DNA of 64,000 nt from Stylophora pistillata (lineage: Eukaryota), in the NCBI RefSeq assembly GCF_002571385.2, contig NW_019217807.1:1110840-1174839 (forward strand), given 5' to 3'. A model generated the notes under the pieces. That model was not told where the DNA came from. It worked only from the letters and a program-made list of their open reading frames with translations, and did no database searches. The stretch's first letter is position 1, and each line of letters opens with the position of its first letter. Position numbers and translations under genes: made by a program. Shown here piece after piece: positions 36,966 through 50,124 of the stretch.

Positions 36966-38974
36966 CTAATCGTCTTTTTCACCATGTTTTATAATCTTGG
37001 TGAATTCGTTGTAATTCAAATTCCCGTCGTCATCAACATTTGCATGAGTAAACATTTCATCGCATTCTTCTTCTGTAAACCTAAAATGTATCAAAAAACA
37101 AACAGCAGAATTATGAAGAGGATAATCTTACTGTAACCCTGACCTCCTCTTGCCAGCTTTGGCCGAGCGTTTGGGTGATCTGGGCAAAGCTATGCATACT
37201 TGTGGCATTTGCATAACCACAAGAATAACATCTGTGATCTTTGAAATGTAAATCCGACCGTTTATCATCGTGGCATTTAACATTTCAAGCACAATGAAAG
37301 AATGATAACAACTAGACTCGTATTCTCAGTTACAATAAACACATATGTTTTTAAAAGAATGGAAAGCAAATTGACTTGACTTTTAGTTGACCTCTTTGTA
37401 ATTAATTTAGTGTCATTTATCAGGGGCGGATCCAGGAATTTTTGATTGGGGGGGTCCAAACTTTGGTTCAGAAAGGACTTTTGGACTCTTTTGACGGAAA
37501 TTTACTTCTCCCCACACCCCCCACACCCCCTCCCACCAGTCGCGGTTGCACGATATAATTCCTTGGCCGCCTACCGTTTACTTGGATTCTTTAATTAAAA
37601 AAATCAGGCAGTTAAAAAGTGATATGTGATCCTGCGGATGCAAGAATTTCAGTCTCAAAGTTGTAAGCGTCAGGTCTGATAGGTGGGGGTACGAACCCCC
37701 CGGACCCTCCCCCCGGATCCGCCACTGTTTATGTCTGAATTGGCTCGAAACGTGAAGTACGTACTCCAATAAGAGTAAAAGTCTTTTGTGGGAGATGGAT
37801 TTGACTTCGATGAATCAAGGCTTTGTTTAAAGGTATATTTAATCTTGAATTTCATTTAGCTTTAACTAATTAGATGTTTTGCGATATCTATCTCCTTAAG
37901 TATTCTGGTATGTTTGATTTATAAACGCACTGCCCGACAAAATCTGTGTTCAAATACGTTGCTTGCGCTCTTCCAAGCAAAATTATGATTCGAACAGGGA
38001 CTCTCTACACAGACCTTACGATGTTCCGAAGTAAACCAAACAGGCCATGAAATCAACCGAAGAAAACATGTTACATTCTGCGTTTAGTTATTCTGAATAA
38101 GTCGTGGCTGTTTAAAATTCCACTTTTAAAAAGTACCTGACCCTCATAACTGTCAATAATGCCAAAGCCAATCTTCCTGTTTATTTCTCCTTTTTTTCAA
38201 CAAATCACAATCTAGAAATGTTATGTTGTCCTGGAGGTGCTAAATTACAATTCTTAGAAAAAATTTAGAAATGGCTCAGCTCATTGCCCAATCGTAACCA
38301 TACAAAACAGAGCAGTTGTTATTTTTTCACTGATTCCTGCATGTGGTATGAACCATGACCCCAACCTTAAACTTCTCATCAAAGCTGTTCTTATGTTAGA
38401 GCTGTGTCTGACTCCCCAAACATCTCTGCCGCCCCCGTCCCTCTTGTACAAATCCTGTAAGGATTTGCATCCTACGTGTGTTTCGCATGTAAAAAATCTG
38501 CAGCAAACCGCTTGCAGGGAATCAAGAAATAACGAGAAAGTGATAACAGCGTTATCACTGAACAACTAACCTGTCCCCAAGTTTCATTAACAGTGGTCGC
38601 ATCCTGTCCTCATTAATGATTCCACTGCCATTTGGATCAAAGGTAGTAAACGCACTCTTGATCATGTCTTCCGGATCGGTCCCATGCATGTTCTCCGAGA
38701 ACAGCGTCATGAACATCGTAAAATTGACGGCCCCCGTAGCTTCGCCTAGCATGTCTTCGATGTAGTCTTCCTTTTGAGGCCTTCCCAGGGAATTAAACAT
38801 ATCCGTCAGGTCTTTGGCGCTGATGATTCCATCTCTGTCCTGATCAATCACGTTGAATGCCTCTTTGAACTCGTGAATCTGCGTTTGGTCGAACATTGCG
38901 AAAACATTGGATGTCGCACGCTGCACTTTCTTTTTAGACGCACCCTTTTTCGATTTGGCGGCTCTCGAAGACAT
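36966..38974 (-). CDS. MYL9: Myosin II regulatory light chain, copy B (172 aa; MYL9/MYL12/sqh-like)
   Basis: Exons 38974-38571 and 37080-36966, with the same intron position and phase as copy [41 protein letters not shown] and C-terminal IKHGEKDD. The symbol marks the family only. Confidence 0.93.
37421..37727. mobile_element. MITE-like element in the intron of myosin RLC copy B
   Basis: Inverted termini CAG(G/T)GGCGGATCC, with TTTAT on both flanks. Confidence 0.55.
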
Positions 38975-40403
38975 TGTGATTGTATTATGAATCAGCCCTT
39001 TAGAGGAGAGGAATTTCTTTTCTCGGCAGTTGAAGGCCAGATACACCTTTTGGTGGCGAAGGGAGATAGAAATGAATTCAAGACCCGCCTGTGTTGGTTA
39101 TCTTTGTGTTTTGTCGGTTCCTCAAAAGGGAATCTATTTTTTCTAGGTTAATGGGTTGTTAGTAAAATGTCAACTAATCACATTTTAATGTACTTGTCAA
39201 CGAATACTATGCTCAGTTTGGGATTGAAAAAAATAACTAACTCGCCCATCTACTAACTTTTCCTGTGTAAGAAACGATTTCGGTGGACAGAACAAAGCTA
39301 GATACATCGTAATTCAGTCATGGAAAAATGAAAGTGTCAATGGTGTACGTTGCAATAATAACAGCAAGCAAATGGAATTTTATCGCTCAAAGTTGTTCTC
39401 AACTCCTACGCTTGCCAATCGTATTACAAGGAAAGCGTAGCGTGCCAAATGCGTCTGATATTCGACCGGCTGGATAACCTTTCTGTTTTCTCAAAGTGAC
39501 TGTTTTGAGGAAAACTGAAGATTTTACCAATCAAACTATCCTAGATACCGCAGGAATAATTGAAAAACAAAATTTCCCAGCAGAAATTATTTCCATTCAT
39601 TGGCCTTGAAGCTCCATATGGGTCCATGTTCCATTCAGTCTGGGTCACTTAATGAAAGTTTCGTATGTCGTCACTATCAGTCTAATAATAACCACTTCAG
39701 TTTCTGCTGGAGGAGGGGACCGTTACTTGAGATAATGGCGAAGGCGTTACGCGAGCTCGAGTGAGCCAAAGGTACACTGGGAACTCGAAAATGTCAGCGG
39801 AAATCGGAGTTTTTTTCCTTTCTGATCGCTATTCAGTTGAATTTTAGCAGGTAGTTTAATTGAAATTTAGGAAAGTATAGTTCCTTCAGAAAAAAAAAGT
39901 CGCTTTCTTCTAATTCTAACCAGTTAATTTATTTCAAGATAACATGGAAAAAGAAAAGAACAATTTCCATCGAATAATTTGGCCTGCGACCGATCCTGCC
40001 CCCACTCTATTTTCTCGATCAATGTATTTTCGGCTGTATTTTCGGCTGTATTTTCGACCCCTATTGTCATGAAAGAAAACGAAAGAAATACAACAATAAG
40101 AAATATACAGGAGTCCATTAATCCATTATCCATTAGTAATGGGTTCCTGAAATATAAGAATGAAAAAAATTAAAAAAATTAAATTCATGTAACAGTCAGC
40201 GCCGTCGGTTATCACCAGTCTGGTCAGCGGTTTTAATTATCGGCCCTTTTCAGTCCGCCATATTAGATTAGATCTGCGAAGTGTTGGAGCTAAAGGTACT
40301 TTACTATATCACAGAAAACGACGGTTTCATAGTTATATTTGAAGAAAAAAGTTTCCGTGTGGTAGAATATTGTTTTTCGTTTTGCTAGTTGGGGCAGACT
40401 ACA

Positions 40404-43173
40404 ATGAGCAGCGTTCTATGGAGGAGTTTGCGTGTTCCGTTGACGAGGCGTTTGGTACGTCAAGCTGGTGACCATCCTACGGCAGAAGAACTTGGTCTCA
40501 AGGGATGGCAAGTCTACTTTAACAGCTACACTATTGATGGTCGACGCAATGTTAGTATTTAGATAAGTAATTTTTTTTCAAAGCTTTCATAATTTTCGGA
40601 ACATTCTCGCCCTGTGATATTGCATATATTGATTATTGATTAAGATGCATTTTGCGGAGCGTGGAACCCACAGGAATCGCACAATGTAGCATCGCCTTAG
40701 AGTTTTTGATCGCGAAAATATTGTCAAATTGGATGAAAAACGCAAATGCTCAACTCTTTATCTGAAATCATATGAACAATATCAGAAACCTACAATTACA
40801 TAATTTTGTTAGGGCGAGAGGTTTACACAATTGTACCTGGTAAAACCATGGCGATTTTATGAAAACAATGGACTGGACTTTCTCTTAATTTACTGGATTT
40901 TAGGGCTGGATGTTCGTTGGAGGATTCCTGGGCTACCACACTGAATTCTCTGGCTTGACTATGTCTGAGTTACTTTTTATTCAACTGAGAAGCTGTTATG
41001 TACTACATTTTTCTGTTTTGTTTTGTTCTTTATGCTATTTTCCTGCTACAGAAAGATTTCCATTCCTTTGCAGTCCATTTCATAAAAACTAAATATAAAG
41101 GTTTCTTTGCAACACTCTGTGCATAATTAATGTATGGGGTTATATGGAAATCTTGCTCCTGCTACTGCCCAGAACTGGGTTTTTCAGAGCTGGGTTAAAA
41201 TATCCCAGAGTTAGTGTGAAATAAGATTTCAGATCTGAAAGCATTAAAAGAAAAATGGGTATAATTCTTTTTGTCTATAATGTGATTATTGGATGCTCTA
41301 AATAGAATAGAGAAAATCATCCCAAAAGGTTTTTGAACAAAGGAATAAAGAACCTGAATTAAAGTAAAAACCTTGGGTTAGTGCCGATTGGCCTTCAAAC
41401 AAATGGGCTGTGATTGGGAGTCACTTCATTTGGCTCTTGAATCACAAACTTGCCATCTGCCCTCCTAATGTTTTGCATGGGTTTGGCTGGTAAAGTTAAA
41501 GAAAAAATGCAATCTGCTTCTCAAATGCTGTTGGCCATCAGTGCTAAATTTCTTTTAATCACAAACTGATAAGTTTTGTATCTTTAACTGATCCTTATTT
41601 TAAATAATTTCTACAATGATAGTTGTGCTTATTTAAGTCAAAAGCTGGTTTAGTTTGGTTATTTTATGACGTGATATGATTATCTTGATTATTATGCATA
41701 ATTCAAACTCTATGAAAGATCTCTGGGGGATATACATTTACATGTACATATGTCCAGTCTTGGTTCTGTGGTAAGGGGCAAAGTCAAATTGGAAATTGCT
41801 TTGAACACTTACTGGTACACTACAACTATCTTAGTAATCATGTATGTATGGCTGACATCAAATATATTTTTAAAGAAATTGCTAATAACCAAATTATTAG
41901 AAGAATATCAGAAATACAATTGACTTTATTATGCTTTGTGATGAGTAAGTAAAATAAATGCAGTGATACAGGACTCTGATTTTCCTTTTCAGAGGGTCCC
42001 CTATAGCTCTTTGTAAATCTCAGCCACGTAAAAATGTTTTGCCATTTCATGCATCACAAATGAAATCCAAAATTCTCTAAAGTTTATATGAAATTTGAGA
42101 CAATCATGTTTTACATGAAACTAAAAAAGCAAAGTCATGAATTGTTGATCCATATGAAGTCCGTGTCCTGTCAAAACCCATGTCAAAACTCTGGTCAAAA
42201 CCTAACTACAGCTGTTCGAGAACATACAAACATTTTTATAACCATTAAAAAGTTGGGAATTGTCATGCAAAACAAAATTGGTTCTGGAATCATGTTTAAT
42301 TCAGCTCTTGTTTCATGAGTCACATTTATTTAAAAAACTTAGTTCACATGGGCATGAAAAGATCTCATGATCTTCAATCATGATTCACGAGTAAAGAGAA
42401 AAAATCAAATCATGATTCACAATTCATGTGAAAAAAAAATCACTCAATCATGCTTTACGTTAAAAGAATAGGGGACCCTCTTTTCAGGACTTCATTAGCA
42501 GCTGTGTGAAAAGTAGATCTACCCAGTAGCTATGTGCTAATTTGTCATTGTACTCCTCACATGTGTAATTCTCCTAAAATTTGTTGGCATCCTTGAACAA
42601 CAGAGCAACACAAGTTGAATTAGACCTCAAAATGGAAGAAAATGAAACTGCAATAGTCTTAACTTTCAAAATTTTCCAAGGGAGCCCAGACTTCACTGGG
42701 AACAAGAGACCTCTCCCAGGTCTTTGAAACTATACACATGCTGTCCTAAACCACACATTTTTTACCAACTATTAATGAAATCACTGCCCATTGTGCTTAG
42801 TAAACCCTTAACTACCAATAAAAGCATAAGTCTGGAGTTAATATCAGTTAACTGGCATGTTGGACATGATGTTCATTCATAAAGAATACTCTGAAGACAT
42901 AAAACATTGATGAAATAAAATGCTGACCAGAAATCAGAGACAGCTGTTTAGAAATCCACAATTTTCAACCCAAATATATTACATCCTTAGGTAAATAAGT
43001 TTGTTTTGCTTTGTTTTTTTTTTTCAAAGATCTGCAGAATTATTTTACATGTATTTTCTTTGTTTATGCAGTTGGTATTTGCAGTCTATGGAACTTTGTT
43101 TGGAATCTATGGACTTTACAAGCTGACCAGAAAGGACAACAAAGAGGCTCCAGAAAAGACTCCAGAAAAATAA
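40404..43173 (+). CDS. ATP5MK: Mitochondrial ATP synthase membrane subunit k / DAPIT (USMG5), 82 aa
   Basis: Not in the ORF track. Exon 40404-40550 encodes MSSVLWRSLRVPLTRRLVRQAGDHPTAEELGLKGWQVYFNSYTIDGRRN and exon 43072-43173 encodes LVFAVYGTLFGIYGLYKLTRKDNKEAPEKTPEK*, joined by a phase-0 GT-AG intron. YFNSYTxxGRxN followed by one TM segment is the DAPIT signature. AATAAA at 43299 and 43324. Confidence 0.88.
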
Positions 43174-44925
43174 CTGCAGCAAAAAAAATTCATCTTTTGA
43201 CCTCTGTAATTTATCATGTTAGGGTTTTCATTTACATTGAGGGACCACAGATCTTATGATCCACTGATGTGAAGTTTGTCAAATGCATTTGATATGCTAA
43301 TAAAATTGGATTGATGTTTTTGAAATAAAATAGCTGGAGTGTTCTGTACTCTTCATCTAAACTTTTGTCACTAATAATAATTGTAGCTATACTTTTGTGG
43401 GAGTGACACCAGAATTCTAGGAGACTCGTGAGAGTTTTTGAACCAAATTGGTGAGGTGGGCATGCTATCAGATAATGCTAGGTTAACTCCTGTAGTGATT
43501 TATAGGTAAATCTTTCCTTATATTCATCGGTACTTCTCTGTTTTAACAGTATATAGACGCTAGACTGTGTACTACGGTAAGGTTTGAACCAAAATCACAG
43601 ACTCTAACAGATACGTGCCAGTAGTTTATTATTGATTTCCCTTGCTTGAGTTGAACACACATTTAGTAACTTACATTTTTGGAACACCCATAGGCAAACA
43701 TAATATTTCTGGTGAACAATGAAAGAGAAATCTTTGTTGAAAGGACTGAAAGCCTATCAGCTACTTTGAAATCAGCTGTTAGAGTGTGCTGTTGATAGAG
43801 GATGTTGTTATTGTTTTGGGGTTTTCTAGTGATGGGTCTCAAGTGGTAAAGTGTACCCAAGAGACTGTTGTACAGTTGCCAATACCTGTTTTAGGTGAGC
43901 ATGATGTACTCAGGGGCTCTGCTTCCCTTGATTGGGGATGGCAGTGAATAACGGCATACCCCAATCGTTGTATCAGGTTCCCTCAGGTCCTACAAGTAAT
44001 TCTTCTTACTGTCTTTCATACAATCCTCGTGATGTTAGTTCAGTGAATTTGGTAGTGGATCAACTATTAATCCCCTACTTGATAATTTTCTTTATTCATC
44101 ACTTTTCTGCCAGAAGTTCTGATTTTTGTGAGGAGAAATTCTGTCTTAATCACTCATGGGAATCAAGAGTTTATCTAGTACCCATTTACATCCCTAGGGG
44201 GAGAGAAGTTCTGTAAGTATTAAGTGCCCCACCAAGAGCACAACACATTTTTCCTGGATGGGGTGTAAATGTGAACTTTTCTATTCATTGTTCATGATGC
44301 TAACCCCGTCAGAACAGTGTATCTCTAAGTTTAGTTTAAAAATGTCTGAATGGCCATTTCTGAGGTTCTCAAAGCTCTCTTTTTTTTTTAAGCAGAGAAA
44401 GGGTCTTTAGAAATTGCCAACGGTCTGCATTTTACATTGTTTTTAAATCAACACTGAGTTGCTAAACTGCTGACATGCTCAGTGAGCAATTCTAGTGTAC
44501 TGAAAAATCATATAAATTGTAAATTTAAATAACTAAAAACAACAACTACAGAAAAGAACCTATCTATGAATTGAGTAGGTCTTGAATGTGTACTAAAGAG
44601 GTGGACCTAACAGTTTTTCAGGCTGAGCTGGCAAAATGTGGAGGGGACAGTAAATGTTTGATACCATCTCAAATGTGGCACTTGTTTGAACAAAACAGTC
44701 ATTCTTAAAACTGCAAGTTACACAGCACAAAAAAGTTCTTGCAAAAGGTGGATGAAAATTGGCTTTCTGACACAACCCTAGAGGCAGAAGATAAATATCA
44801 ATTGATTCTTCAGCCTACGAGGGGAGGGTACAGAAATGATCAAAACTACCTTGCGCGGGGAAGGGAGGATTTGGTTGCCTCTTTTCTGGTCAACACAAAA
44901 GGCCTGGGAACTAGTGAAATTCAAG

Positions 44926-47205
44926 ATGGCTGCTCACAAAGAAGATCTTGTCAGTACTCTGGAATCTTCACTTCAGGTGAAACCTTAAGGAACTGTGGCT
45001 TTCCAAAGTTGTTTTCTTGGAAATGTTTGTTGAGCCATTAAATTGTCTTTCAGGCTTGTGTGTCACTTCTTCTTGTCACCGATAACGTAGAGAAGGAAGG
45101 GGACAAGACAAATATCAACAAAAGCGGTGAGATTTATTTCAAATTTAAACTCCCATAATCTCAAATTGACAGTGTGTCGGTGGCTAGATAAATCAACTAG
45201 GGTGTCGAGGTTAGATAAATCTTGTACTAAATCCGCAAGCAAATCGATCGTGTTTTAGTCACAATCAAATTCGCCGTGTCTGACAGCAATGCACGATGTT
45301 TGGGCTGCCATTTTCACCGCAGCCATAATAACATTTATCGCCAAACAATTAAATAAAAACACAATCTGATCCTGAGAAAGTGAGAAAAATTTGTTGAATC
45401 GGTAACTTCAAATTTAGGCAAACTGCAAATTAAACAAAATTCTCGACTTAAAAAATCTGAATTGGCTAATTCATATTTCATTTAACTGTATTTCACCTCA
45501 ATATCCATTTTTGTTTCTTTGTTATCTTGTTTCCTTTAACCTGTCTAATCTATTTTGCCAAAATTTCTGCGTTTTTATCCCGTAATTCCAAGGGGGTTCC
45601 CAGATTAACAAAAATGTTTACCGTATTCCAACGCAATAACTCATGCAAACATAATGAAAGTATTTGATGTTGTTTAGAAATGCCAAGTGATTAAAGAAAA
45701 ACTACGAGGCAGAAAATTATACAAAAAAAACCACAGTAATTCTGTTAAAATTTCTGACTGCTCGATACGGAGTGTTTTCAAAAACCTGTGTGGCTGCTAG
45801 ACATAAAGAGACTTTAACTCCAAATTTTCCTCTGTTTCTATTATTTTCAATATTTGTGAAAAATTTTAGTATTTATAGCATTTATTTTGTGGTTAGAAAA
45901 GCTCTTGTGTCTAAGTTTTATTGCAAACTAAGCATTGTTTTGTTTTTTATTCTTACTCTAGGCATTGAAACTAGCATTACAAAGTTCCTCGATGCTTCAA
46001 AAGCTGTGGAGGCTGATTTCCTTAAGAAGCAAATGTACAGCCGTGTACATCATCCCCGAGAAGTCACACAAGATGTAAGCATGGCAGAGTATTACTCTTT
46101 TTACCCGCTGCTTTTCTGTAAATGAAAAGACATTTTAATCTACCTAATCATTGTAAGCAACATATGGCAATCTGTGGTCTTTCCTTACACTTAGGTAGCA
46201 CGGAAAGCTGTAAAAATCTTGAACAAAAGCTCATCTTTCAAACCAGCAGTCTAAATCCTACATGGATCAACGAACGCTTTTCATTCCACTAATTTATTCA
46301 TGTTTTTCTCGTTGCCATGATCCCACCAATAACGTAGCTCCATTTTCTGCCTTTAAAAGCACACACAACCCACAATTCCTTTATTCGCTCCGACGAAGGG
46401 CTAATGCTCGAAACGTCAGCTTTTGTTATCGTTACAGTGGCCAATTTACCATTTCAGCTTTGTTGATATATCCAAATTATTTCTGTAAATGAGTTCTGTC
46501 TTGAGATGTTCATTGTGTGAGGAGAATCTCTGGGGGCGGGGTGGGGGTCAATTTTTGCTTCTCAAAATAAAAACCCCAACCTATCTCTCTGTAATGCATT
46601 TTAAACAGCACAAAATATAACAACTTTTTAACTACAAGTTTTCCCATCTTAAATTCCTTTGAACCAGAATTTTCTCGCCCCTCAAAGCCAGAAAATGTGA
46701 CCCCATTCTTGTACCTCTATTGAAAACACTTGTATAAGCTTCAAAATAATTTTTAAAATTTACTGTTGAAGTAGCACAGAGTTCCTATCTCTCAAAACAA
46801 GAAAAGCTAGAAGGGGACTTATATCCTGGGGGCCTCACATATACAGCAGTTTATGGTATCTCAATACTTCAATTTCTTGCTTCAAGTCTCCGTCAGACAA
46901 TGAGATTTAAATTGTTTGCATAACTCTTCCCCCCTCTGTGGTATGAAAAGAGTGACTGATGATTTGTCACTTCTTTTGAAATGTCTCTATTTATTCTGTA
47001 TCATGCTTTCCAGGAAGTAGACAAAATGAGAGCTGAGTTGGTACAAAAAGAGGAACTACTGGCAAGAACAAAGGAAAAAGTTGCCTCATGGGCAAATGTT
47101 CTCCAAGATCTTGAAACAAAACAGACAAGCCTTCAGTTGGTGGATATCATACCACAAAGAACTGCATCAATAGATCCTTATTCTTTTGATACATCAAGAA
47201 AATAG
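44926..47205 (+). CDS. MED28: Mediator of RNA polymerase II transcription subunit 28 (142 aa)
   Basis: Exons 44926-44976, 45054-45126, 45962-46074 and 47014-47205 are all GT-AG with consistent phases. The protein LVSTLESSLQACVSLL..GIETSITKFLDASKAVEADFLKKQ..EVDKMRAELVQKEELL..WANVL matches the MED28 pattern (LESSFEACF..IQKFLD.A...E.FFLQK..ELR.EL.RK..W..VL). Confidence 0.88.
46128..46485 (+). mobile_element. Penelope-like element 3' fragment (GIY-YIG C-terminus plus tail) in MED28 intron 3
   Basis: Translates RHFNLPNHCKQHMAICGLSLHLGSTESCKNLEQKLIFQTSSLNPTWINERFSFH*, the typical PLE endonuclease end, followed by a tail containing a hammerhead-like motif. Confidence 0.8.
46387..46420 (+). ncRNA. 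Minimal type I hammerhead ribozyme-like motif (PLE-associated; CCGACGA core variant)
   Basis: GCT-CCGACGA-A-GGGC-TAAT-GCTC-GAA-ACGT-C-AGC: stem I GCT/AGC, stem II GGGC/GCTC, GAAA, palindromic ACGT stem III and a GUC cleavage triplet. Confidence 0.55.
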
Positions 47206-48294
47206 TTTGTGCAAAATTGTAAAATTTGGTCAACAGAGCTACCGGGTATTTGTAATTAAATGTACAGGTTTTATTAATGTTGGCTATGTTGTTGTTTTTG
47301 CACCCACCCACCCACCCATCCCTCCCCTAATCCATGTTAACCTTAACTTGTTATCGGTTGACTGTTGCTGTGTTAGGGAAGGGGTGGGTAGTTGAACATT
47401 TGCTCAGGTACTGACACTCGTGCTTTATTCTTGGGCCAGGCTCAAGAGACAGGTCTTTTAAGATACGGTGTTAATGTATTTTTTTTCCAAAGATGAAAAA
47501 GAAATGTAAGCATTGTTAAAAAGAATAAGCAGTATGAAAGCTTCAGAAAGTGGTTACAGGTATGCTGAACTTTCCAGTTTGAGCTAGAGTCTCCTGGATA
47601 CACAATGAATAACCCAGCTCTCTTTACACTTTTTCTAATCCCAGGGATAAATGTAAATGTGAATTTTTTCCACAATATATCAAGTATTAAAAAAATAATA
47701 ATAATTATTGGCTTTTTTCCAAGCATGGTGAAATTTTAATGATTTTAGATTAAAAAAACCTTACACACAGGTCAATTTGCAAATATTGATGATGGTGTTG
47801 GTTGAGGGAAGTGGTTTAAAATCAAACATACCAGTTTCAGATTAGAGTTGACATCTTTGTGTCCTTTCTCTATTATTTTTCTTGCCATTTTGAATCATTT
47901 TCAACTCTCCTGCAATTTTTTTTAAGCACTAAAATGCTTGATAAAGAAAGATTATATGAATTCTTGCTGGTCTTTCGGAGAATTGTAGATTACTTTCACT
48001 TAAGTAACAGAAATACAAATATAACAAGTTCCAATTTGTCTTGGATCTGACACCATTTTCCGATTATCTCAAACTTGGTTAACTTGAATCCCCCCTGACT
48101 CCAGCAACTTATAACTTCCCTTGGATCTGAAACCATTTTTTAAATCATCTTGAAGTTGTTTAACTTGGACCTATGCTGACTCCAACCATTTTTCGTTTCA
48201 TCTGGGAGTTTGAATTAGAGGGAGTTTTATTGAGGTCCCTACTATCATAATGACAATAATTAAACAAAATCGGAAAGCAATGATCTGGAATATA

Positions 48295-48640
48295 AGTGGT
48301 AGCCTTACCAATTCAGAATGAGGCCTTACTGCATAATCTTGTGAGTCTTTATAAAGCCCAAATATGTATTGCGTGACGTCATTGGCGTCATGCGAAAGTC
48401 ACGAGGGTTGAAGAAGGGTTCGAGCGAAATTACGTGAATAGCTGTGTTTAGCTAAGTATCAGACTTTCTCCCGTACTAAGCGTGTGAGCATTAGTGGTAG
48501 CCTTTCCAATTTGAGATCTAGCTTTGCTGTATAATTAGTTTCGAATGAGTCTTTAGAAAGCCCAAATATGTATTGCATGACGTTATCGCATGACGTTATC
48601 GGCGTTACGCGAAAGTCAGGATGAAGAAAGGTGCGAACCA
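48295..48640 (+). promoter_or_regulatory. Duplicated CRE-containing promoter-like module upstream of the SLC46 gene
   Basis: Two copies of AGTGGTAGCCTT(A/T)CCAATT..AAAGCCCAAATATGTATTGC(G/A)TGACGT..GCGAAAGTCA, with a perfect TGACGTCA at 48374-48381. A CAG|GTGAGT donor at 48960 and an acceptor at 50104 suggest a non-coding first exon. Confidence 0.45.
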
Positions 48641-50124
48641 GAGTGGGACAACAGTTTAATACGGTCTCCTGCAACGAGCGACCTGTAAAGAATAAAAAAT
48701 CGGAGCGCAGTATGAACAAGCTTCATACCAAGTGCTGAAAAAGAAAAAAATCAAGGAAAGGACTCAAAGCTTCATTGTCATATGATATAATTATTGTTTC
48801 AGATCAAGCTGAACAAAGTGTTACGTAGTTGAAGTGGTGAAAGCCCAACGTTTAAAGTCACCCCGAGGACGGATATTTTGCAGAAGCTAAGTACTGTGAG
48901 AAGAAGAACAGCATAACAAAGTAGTATCAGGTTGCTTTTTGAGTTCTCGAATTTGGTCAGGTGAGTGATTTTGGTTGGAACACTACAGGGCATTTCCAAT
49001 GGTTTTCGATCGAAATGAGCAGTCAATTGCACCTCTGACTCGGCCCGACCCGACATCCATTCCTTTTATTTCAAATGTTAAGATATTTAATTTCTTAAAA
49101 TTCAAGCAAAGTCTTTCGGATACGCCACTCAAACAGCGTTCTCCAGATATGACCAGTTTTCTTAAATCGTTCCTGATTTTCCTGTTCACTCGAATTATGC
49201 AATATTGCAGTAATCAAAATTGTCTTGTCATGCATGGTCCTGTCGCTAAATGTAAACAGAAGACATGGCTCGACCCTTACACCCATTCCATGTCATTTGG
49301 TAGTTAGCTAAATTCTTTAAGAAATATTTTCGTATAACCTGATACTGCTCTAAAAAAAAGCCGTGGTCCCAAGACAATCCATCGTTTTCGCTAGTGTTTT
49401 TTTGTTTTGTTTACATTAGCTGTACTGTATGCATAATGAAGTCTGATGTTGAGCGGAAATCTTGCCGTCTTTAACTTTCCTGGAGTGCATTATATAACCG
49501 AAGTAATCATCTTGTATTCTTCTATTATATCTGATTCAGTTCATCTGTTTTGAATGCCAATGGACGAAGTATACGTATCATTTTAACTGACATTTATTTT
49601 AAATTGTAATTATCTGAATATTTTGAAAATTTTCCACTTACCTTAAGTGTGGTGTGGCTTGTATGTACTGGATCACGACTTCTTGCTCCTTTGAATTCTC
49701 TCCATGACTATCACTGCTGTGCCTTGAATGTTTCATCGGTTTGATATTCATTCTTCATCGTTTCAGATTCTGATGACAGATAAAACTTAACATTTGTGAA
49801 AGTGATAACAACAAAATAGAACAATTTATTTATAATATGACACAATGTTACCATAGTACAACAGCAAGCCCCCATTTAAACCGGCTTTAAGGTGAACTAG
49901 ACCAGCCTGTTTTTAACCCATAACACATCAGTATGCATATTCTCCATACTTGTCTTACTAATTACTCCAACAAGTTTATATTTAATTATAAACCATGACA
50001 TGTATATTTTTTTAAGTGTTAGATTGTTACAGAACTAATTATGATAATTACTCTGTTTCTAATAGGCAGGCCAGCAATTTGTTTTTTCTTTTGTGTTCTT
50101 TCAGAACCTTTCAGCGACTGAAAT

